DNA from: Rubrobacter sp.
GTDB taxonomy: Bacteria > Actinomycetota > Rubrobacteria > Rubrobacterales > Rubrobacteraceae
DNA length: 64,000 nucleotides
Assembly: GCA_013697825.1 (NCBI GenBank)
Contig: JACCWD010000090.1
Location: 1,318-65,317, forward strand
Direction of reading: 5' to 3'
Shown here: positions 58,998 through 64,000 of the stretch, one piece after another
Layout of the letters: the number at the start of each line of letters is the position of its first letter
Numbering within the stretch: the first letter of the stretch is position 1
The notes under the pieces: generated by a model
What the model saw: the letters and a program-made list of their open reading frames with translations, nothing else
Databases searched by the model: none
Told to the model about the DNA's origin: nothing
Translations under genes and position numbers: made by a program

Positions 58998-60350
58998 TTA
59001 GCGTTTGCTTTTCACGTGGTGGGTTATTTCGTGGATCTGGTTGAAGGTGTCTCGGTCGCTGTTTATGAGTTTCGAGATTTTGCTTGTGGCGTGCATGACT
59101 GTGGAGTGGTCGCGGCCTCCGAAGGCCTTGCCGATTTTCGGGAGGGACTCGTCGGTGAGCTCGCGCGAGAGGTACATGGCGACCTGGCGCGGGTAGGCGA
59201 ATGCCCTCGATCGGCTCGTGCCTATGAGGTCTTGTTTCGCGATGCCGAAGTAGCGGCACGCTTCGTGCTGTATTAGCTCGATCGGGATCTCGCGGTACGC
59301 CGAGTCGGGCAATATGTCCCGGAGAACCTCCTCGGCGAGCGCGACGCTGACTTGGCGACCGTACAAAGAGGCATAAGCCAAAATTCGGATGAGCGCGCCT
59401 TCGAGTTCGCGGATGTTCGTCTCGACCTTCGAGGCTATGAAGGTGAGGACTTCGTCGTCCACCTCGAGCTTGTCCATCATCGCCTTTTTGCGGAGGATGG
59501 CGATCCTCGTCTCGAGGTCGGGCGGAGTGATGTCGGTGATGAGGCCCCACTCGAAGCGGCTCACGAGGCGGTTCTCGAGGGTTTGTATGTACTTCGGGTG
59601 CCTGTCCGAGGCGATGACGACTTGCTTCTCGTCGTCGTAGAGCGAGTTGAACGTGTGGAAGAACGCTTCCTGGGTCTCGATCTTGTTCTCCAAAAACTGT
59701 ATGTCGTCTATGAGGAGGACGTCGTTCTCACGGTACCGCTTCTGGAATTGGAGCGGGGCGTTGTCGCGCATCGAGTTTATGAAGTCGTTCGTGAACTGCT
59801 CGCACGTAACGTACCGGACGCGGCTGCTCGGGTCTTGCTCCTCGACGTACTGCCCCACCGCCCGCAAAAGATGCGTCTTCCCAAGCCCGACCCCGCCATA
59901 TATGAAGAGCGGATTATACTGCGTGCCGGGGCTCTCGGAGACCGCGAGCGCCGCCGCGTGAGCGAAGCGGTTCCCAGCCCCGGTGACGAACGAGTCGAAG
60001 GTGTATTTCACCCGCACTGGACGTGAAGGCTTCGCGTTGCGGACGGACTGCGCCCCCTCGGCGTCGGAGCCGTTGCTTTGCGTCCGGCTCGGGCCGCCCT
60101 CCCCGACGGTCACGATGAGGGAGGTTTCCTCCTTCCCCATCACGTCGTCGAGAGCCTCTTCGAGGAGCGGGCGGAAGCGGCTCTCGATGTATTCCTTCGC
60201 GAAGCTGTTCGGGACGGAGATCTCGAGTGAGTCCTCATAGAGGTTGAGCGGGCGCGTGCCTTCGAACCATACTTTCAGGGACGGGGCGTTGATATGCTCC
60301 GAAACGCTGTCGAGGACTTCATTCCACACATCTTCGACTCGCCTTTGCAT
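58998..60350 (-). CDS. dnaA: Chromosomal replication initiator DnaA
   Basis: [14 protein letters not shown]-terminus, AAA+ ([26 protein letters not shown]), and the C-terminal DNA-binding domain (..[11 protein letters not shown]). 450 aa. Confidence 0.97.
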   Translation of the reverse strand: MQRRVEDVWNEVLDSVSEHINAPSLKVWFEGTRPLNLYEDSLEISVPNSFAKEYIESRFRPLLEEALDDVMGKEETSLIVTVGEGGPSRTQSNGSDAEGAQSVRNAKPSRPVRVKYTFDSFVTGAGNRFAHAAALAVSESPGTQYNPLFIYGGVGLGKTHLLRAVGQYVEEQDPSSRVRYVTCEQFTNDFINSMRDNAPLQFQKRYRENDVLLIDDIQFLENKIETQEAFFHTFNSLYDDEKQVVIASDRHPKYIQTLENRLVSRFEWGLITDITPPDLETRIAILRKKAMMDKLEVDDEVLTFIASKVETNIRELEGALIRILAYASLYGRQVSVALAEEVLRDILPDSAYREIPIELIQHEACRYFGIAKQDLIGTSRSRAFAYPRQVAMYLSRELTDESLPKIGKAFGGRDHSTVMHATSKISKLINSDRDTFNQIHEITHHVKSKR

Positions 60351-60353
60351 GGG

Positions 60354-61175
60354 CTACTTGACCCAGGTGCTTATTATCGCCTCCACGTAATCCCGTCCGA
60401 GAGGCGAGATCACCCGCTTCCCGGACTCGTCCCCGGCGACTAGCCCATGCTCCTCGAGAACCGAGAGGTCGCGGTACGCCGTGCTCACGCTGATCTCCAG
60501 ACTGCCCGCTATCGTCGAAGGCCCGACCTCCCCGCACTCGAGAACCGTCACGAGAACGTTTTGCTGCCGCTCGGAAATGTTTATCCTCGGCACCTCGTCG
60601 GGATATTTCCGCTTGGGAGACGGCTTTTGGAATTCTCGCGCCTCCTCCGGTGCTCCGGTCGGCTCCGGCTTATCATCGGTTCCCGATTCCTCGGCGATGG
60701 AGACCGTGACGACGGATCCGCCCCCGAGGTTGTCCTCGATGGACAGCCTCCCCCTCGCCTTTACCATCTCGGAGCGTGCGATGCCGAGGCCCGCCCCGAT
60801 GCCGCGTATCTGGCTCAAAGCCTCGGCGTTCGCGCCGGAGAACCCGAATTCCATCGCCTGGCTTTTGCTCGCTATCCCCGGCCCCTTGTCCGACACGCGG
60901 ACGGTCTTTCCGTCGTCGAGGATGGAGATGACCACGCCTTTGTAGTCGGCGTGTATGAGGTTCTCGATGATTTCGCGCACGGCTCTTTCGGGGATTCCGC
61001 TCTCCATCTCGGCCGCTTTCCGGTCTATGAGCCTCGTGAGCTTGGCGGTCGCCGCTCCGGGGCTTCCGGCGGAGACTTCGGTGATCTCCGGTTCCCCGCC
61101 CTCGGGGTATACGACGACTCGGACGTTTATCTCCGCCCGGTCAGCATCCCGTCGTGTCCGCTGTTCGTGGATCAT
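60354..61175 (-). CDS. GHKL (HATPase_c-like) ATP-binding domain fused to a C-terminal winged-HTH
   Basis: N-box EIIENLIHA, G1 DKGPGI, G2 GIGAGLGIA; the C-terminus (QQNVLVTVLECGEVGPSTIAGSLEISVSTAYRDLSVLEEHGLV) is wHTH-like. Its stop lies 3 nt before the dnaA ATG. Confidence 0.7.
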   Translation of the reverse strand: MIHEQRTRRDADRAEINVRVVVYPEGGEPEITEVSAGSPGAATAKLTRLIDRKAAEMESGIPERAVREIIENLIHADYKGVVISILDDGKTVRVSDKGPGIASKSQAMEFGFSGANAEALSQIRGIGAGLGIARSEMVKARGRLSIEDNLGGGSVVTVSIAEESGTDDKPEPTGAPEEAREFQKPSPKRKYPDEVPRINISERQQNVLVTVLECGEVGPSTIAGSLEISVSTAYRDLSVLEEHGLVAGDESGKRVISPLGRDYVEAIISTWVK

Positions 61176-61257
61176 CCCCAGACAAATCTAACCCACACCC
61201 GCCGAAGACGCTAGATCCAAAGCCAGAAAAATACTGTTTTGCAGGACATAGAGATTT

Positions 61258-61290
61258 TTATCCACAGTTTTATCCACAGCTTGTGGATAA
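61258..61290. promoter_or_regulatory. Three perfect DnaA boxes in the divergent rpmH / GHKL-dnaA promoter region
   Basis: TTATCCACA at 61258 and 61270, and TGTGGATAA at 61282. Confidence 0.8.
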
Positions 61291-61530
61291 AACGCCCGGT
61301 ATCCCCAAAACTATGCTTTGTTTTCCCTTTGTTACGCGCCGCATCGCTCGTAATCAGCCTCCATTGAAACCATATAAACACCGCTTTTGCAGAACTTTTC
61401 TTAGAAAGGGGCATGAAGCGCGATACACGCTCGGATTTGTATCCCGTGTGGTTTTTACTGGATGGGCGGCGGTGGCTTGGATATACTCTTTGGCTGTTTG
61501 TGGATCTGAGATTCTTCCAGAGGAGAGAAA

Positions 61531-61665
61531 ATGAAGAGGACTTACCAGCCGAACCGTCGCAAGCGAGCGAAGACGCACGGGTTTCGCAAGCGCATGAGTA
61601 CGGTCGGCGGGCGGAGGGTTGTGGCGGCTCGCCGCAGGCGCGGTCGCAAGCGGCTCGCTGTCTGA
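61531..61665 (+). CDS. rpmH: 50S ribosomal protein L34
   Basis: Hand-translated as [51 protein letters not shown] lies upstream. Below the ORF-track length cutoff. Confidence 0.95.
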   Translation: MKRTYQPNRRKRAKTHGFRKRMSTVGGRRVVAARRRRGRKRLAV

Positions 61666-61668
61666 TCC

Positions 61669-62019
61669 TTGCCGCGCCGCGCCGACATGAGGATCACCGA
61701 TTCCCCCGAGTTCGACCGAGTTTACCGCCGGGGCGCAGCTTATAGGGGGAAGTTGTTTTCCGTCCACGCTTTCCCGAACGAGGCTGGAAACCCCCGCCTC
61801 GGGCTGTCCGTATCGAAGAAGGTTGGCAATGCGGTGGTGAGGAACAAGGTGAGGCGGCGTTTGAAGGAGATTTTCCACGCTCGGATGGAGGAGAAGGAGC
61901 GGGTGCTTCAGAGTTTGGATTTCGTGGTGTCCGCCCGGCCTGCTTCGTCGGCTGCGTCGTTTCAGGATTTGGAGCGGGAGTTTTCGGTGGCGTTGAAGAA
62001 GCTCGAGGGTCGTGTTTGA
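61669..62019 (+). CDS. rnpA: Ribonuclease P protein component
   Basis: Position after rpmH, plus FDRVYRRG.. and the RNR motif KVGNAVVRNKVRRRLKE. The start may be the ATG at 61687. Confidence 0.9.
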   Translation: MPRRADMRITDSPEFDRVYRRGAAYRGKLFSVHAFPNEAGNPRLGLSVSKKVGNAVVRNKVRRRLKEIFHARMEEKERVLQSLDFVVSARPASSAASFQDLEREFSVALKKLEGRV

Positions 62020-62049
62020 TTTTGGAGCGGTTAGAATGGCGAGTAACTT

Positions 62050-62874
62050 ATGATTAATGATATAGCGAATTTCTTCGAGAGCATCTTCAGTCCGGTCGTC
62101 AGCGTTCTCGCGTACGCGCTCGAGTTTTTCCACGGCCTCGGTTTGGAGTGGTGGCTGAGCATCGCCGCGCTGACCATCGTGGTTCGGATGATCCTCTTCC
62201 CCCTCACCATCAAGCAGGTCAGGAGCATGAGGGCTATGCAGGATCTCCGCCCGGAGCTGGAGAAGATCCGGGGCCAGTACAGCAACAACCGCCAGCGCCA
62301 GCAGGAAGAGATGATGAAGCTCTATCAGGAGCGGAACATAAACCCGCTCGGCGGATGCCTTCCGATTCTCCTCCAAATGCCCATTTTTATAGGTATTTTC
62401 TACGTGATCCGGCAATTCGGCGGCTACGGCGATGTCGAGGGGACAAAGCCGAGTTTCCAGGACGGCGGCATTCTCTGGTTCACGAACCTTTCGGAGATGG
62501 ATCCCTACCTCATACTCCCGGTCGTCTCGGCTCTGACTATGCTGGCAGCTACCGAGATCACGGCTAAGAATCTCGAGCCGCAACAACGCTGGATCATGCG
62601 TATCCTCCCGATCGGAATCACGTTTTTCTTGTGGAGCTTCCCCGCAGGTTTGTTCGTTTACTGGATTACATCGAACGTCGTTACTTTCGTGCAGAATTAC
62701 GCCATCTATAATTACGGACCTGGCAAAAAGTCGGCCACCGAACCGTCGAAGCCGGATAGTGGAGACAAGGGTGGTGGAAAGGGTTCGGAAGAGCTTTCGA
62801 CGAATGGATCCTCGCATCCAACCGCACAGGCAGCTAAGGTAGCGAAAAGGAAGCGTAGAAAGAAGAAAAAGTGA
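62050..62874 (+). CDS. yidC: Membrane protein insertase YidC (short form)
   Basis: RMILFPLTIKQVRSMRAMQDLRPELEKI.., NPLGGCLPILLQMPIF, and a basic C-terminal tail. Confidence 0.9.
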   Translation: MINDIANFFESIFSPVVSVLAYALEFFHGLGLEWWLSIAALTIVVRMILFPLTIKQVRSMRAMQDLRPELEKIRGQYSNNRQRQQEEMMKLYQERNINPLGGCLPILLQMPIFIGIFYVIRQFGGYGDVEGTKPSFQDGGILWFTNLSEMDPYLILPVVSALTMLAATEITAKNLEPQQRWIMRILPIGITFFLWSFPAGLFVYWITSNVVTFVQNYAIYNYGPGKKSATEPSKPDSGDKGGGKGSEELSTNGSSHPTAQAAKVAKRKRRKKKK

Positions 62875-63686
62875 GCGACTCAAAGGAATTCAACGCATCT
62901 TCCGTGGAAAGTGCCGTGGCGAAGGCTTCGGAGAAATTGGGTGTTTCCGCAGACGAGCTTTCTTACGAAGTATTGGACGCGGGAAGCGATGGTTTTCTCG
63001 GCATAGGAGCCAGAGACGCGCGGATCGAAGTGTCCCTCCCTTCGTCCAGCGCTCCTGCTGAAACGGCTGAAGGGGGCGACGAAGACTCTTCGGTCTTTTT
63101 GGAGAGCACTTCCCCCGCCGAGTCCTCGGATCAGTCCGAACCTCTCGTCCCAGCCGAGGCGCCAATGGAAGATGAAGGGCCAGACCGGGAGTCTGAAGAA
63201 TCGGAGTCGGGTGAAAAGATACCGTCCGCCCCCGAAGACCTCGTCGAGGAAGTCAGAAACTATGTCGTCTCTGTCGTGGACGCTATGGGGCTGGACGCCC
63301 GGCTCGATGTCTACGATACCGAAGAGTACATAGCCGTAGACATCGCTTCGGACCACACAGCCCTCATTATCGGCCAAAAGGGCGAGACCATTGATTCTTT
63401 GCAGTACCTGACGAACTCGGCTGTCTACAAGGATCGCGAGTTTGTCAAGCGTATCGTCCTCGACTCCGAAGGCTACCGCCAACGGAGGATCGAAGCGATT
63501 CAAGGCATGGCGCACAGAACGGCCAGAAAATCTATCCGTGAACAGCGCGACATCGAGATGCCCCCAATGAACTCCTCGGAGCGAAGGGCGGTTCACGTTT
63601 TCCTCAAAGAGAATCCCTCCGTAACCACTTTCAGCGAAGGCTCGGGAAGTGACAGAAGAGTCACAGTTTCTCCCAACCGTGACTGA
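62871..63686 (+). CDS. jag: Jag/KhpB RNA-binding protein (Jag_N, KH, R3H)
   Basis: The GTG overlaps the yidC stop (GTGA). KH-like IGQKGETIDSLQYL and an R3H-like MNSSERRAVHVFLKE. Confidence 0.85.
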   Translation: MSDSKEFNASSVESAVAKASEKLGVSADELSYEVLDAGSDGFLGIGARDARIEVSLPSSSAPAETAEGGDEDSSVFLESTSPAESSDQSEPLVPAEAPMEDEGPDRESEESESGEKIPSAPEDLVEEVRNYVVSVVDAMGLDARLDVYDTEEYIAVDIASDHTALIIGQKGETIDSLQYLTNSAVYKDREFVKRIVLDSEGYRQRRIEAIQGMAHRTARKSIREQRDIEMPPMNSSERRAVHVFLKENPSVTTFSEGSGSDRRVTVSPNRD

Positions 63687-63700
63687 CCAAAACCCAACGA

Positions 63701-63716
63701 CGTTTCACGTGAAACC
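63701..63716. promoter_or_regulatory. parS site (core GTTTCACGTGAAAC)
   Basis: Perfect 14-bp palindrome at 63702-63715 matching the parS consensus core. Confidence 0.8.
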
Positions 63717-63746
63717 ACGCATCCAGTGCAACCAGAGAAGCCTTGT

Positions 63747-63778
63747 GGACATTTGTTTGCCAAAGCAAACAAGTGTCC
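63747..63778. other. Strong hairpin in the low-GC non-coding stretch between the two parS sites
   Basis: GGACATTTGTTTGC, loop CAAA, GCAAACAAGTGTCC: a 14-bp stem with one G-T position. Only a weak T tract follows. Confidence 0.4.
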
Positions 63779-63955
63779 ATCTTTGGTGTCCAGCGCCTTG
63801 GTTTCGGACTTGGCAAGAAGATGAGATTGTTTGCCTGGGTCGGTTTACGATGTTCATGCCCCATAGCGCAATAAGATGCGTTTAGGCAAGGCGGAATATG
63901 TTGGGTCTGATTGTATAGATCGCTGAATCTGATTGCGCCGTCTTCAAAGTTTGGA

Positions 63956-63971
63956 TGTTTCACGTGAAACA
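63956..63971. promoter_or_regulatory. parS site (TGTTTCACGTGAAACA)
   Basis: A perfect 16-bp match to the canonical parS palindrome. Confidence 0.85.
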
Positions 63972-64000
63972 CGACTTCCGAGAAATCGAAAAGATAATCG

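Noticed and set aside
63661-63972. 103-aa minus-strand ORF after jag, and a possible plus-strand start (ATGTTTCACGTGAAACAC..) at the window edge.
   Set aside because: The ORF spans both parS palindromes and the hairpin and has implausible composition. The plus-strand start is only 15 codons long before the window ends, so it cannot be judged (possibly the next gene, such as rsmG).

Overview
High-GC (about 65% by eye) bacterial chromosome segment spanning the replication origin; gene content looks actinobacterial, possibly a deep-branching lineage. On the minus strand the core is dnaA-dnaN-yaaA(S4)-recF-gyrB-gyrA, diverging from rpmH-rnpA-yidC-jag on the plus strand. About 19 DnaA boxes and an AT-rich stretch lie between dnaA and dnaN, three more boxes lie further upstream, and two parS sites follow jag. 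Both gyrase genes carry large inteins (GyrA with a LAGLIDADG endonuclease, GyrB with an HNH endonuclease). Other housekeeping content: sdhCAB, RNase P RNA, tRNA-Leu(CAG), tRNA-Gly(CCC), the fhaA-fhaB-pstP-rodA-pbpA-pknB cluster preceded by a second kinase, accBC, mutL, ybdK and an arginase-family gene. Accessory content: vapBC; a DUF433/DUF5615 cassette inserted at the 3' end of a beta-CASP nuclease gene, leaving a duplicated relic of that end; a low-GC three-gene islet (TIGR04255-like / unknown / HEPN-like) beside tRNA-Gly; and a GHKL-ATPase + wHTH gene fused into the dnaA operon. Four genes are disrupted: a DUF11/RTX lipoprotein, an FG-GAP surface protein, an XRE-AAA-TPR regulator and a small gyrA-coupled ORF. 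Some of these breaks sit in G/C homopolymers and may be sequencing errors. The most unusual signal is a family of strictly intergenic elements built from arrays of 7-nt words. The word differs between copies but is matched by its reverse complement in the partner arm of the same copy. These elements share conserved termini that often abut start or stop codons, and I do not recognise them as a described repeat family. All calls come from reading the sequence and ORF translations by eye; no searches were run.
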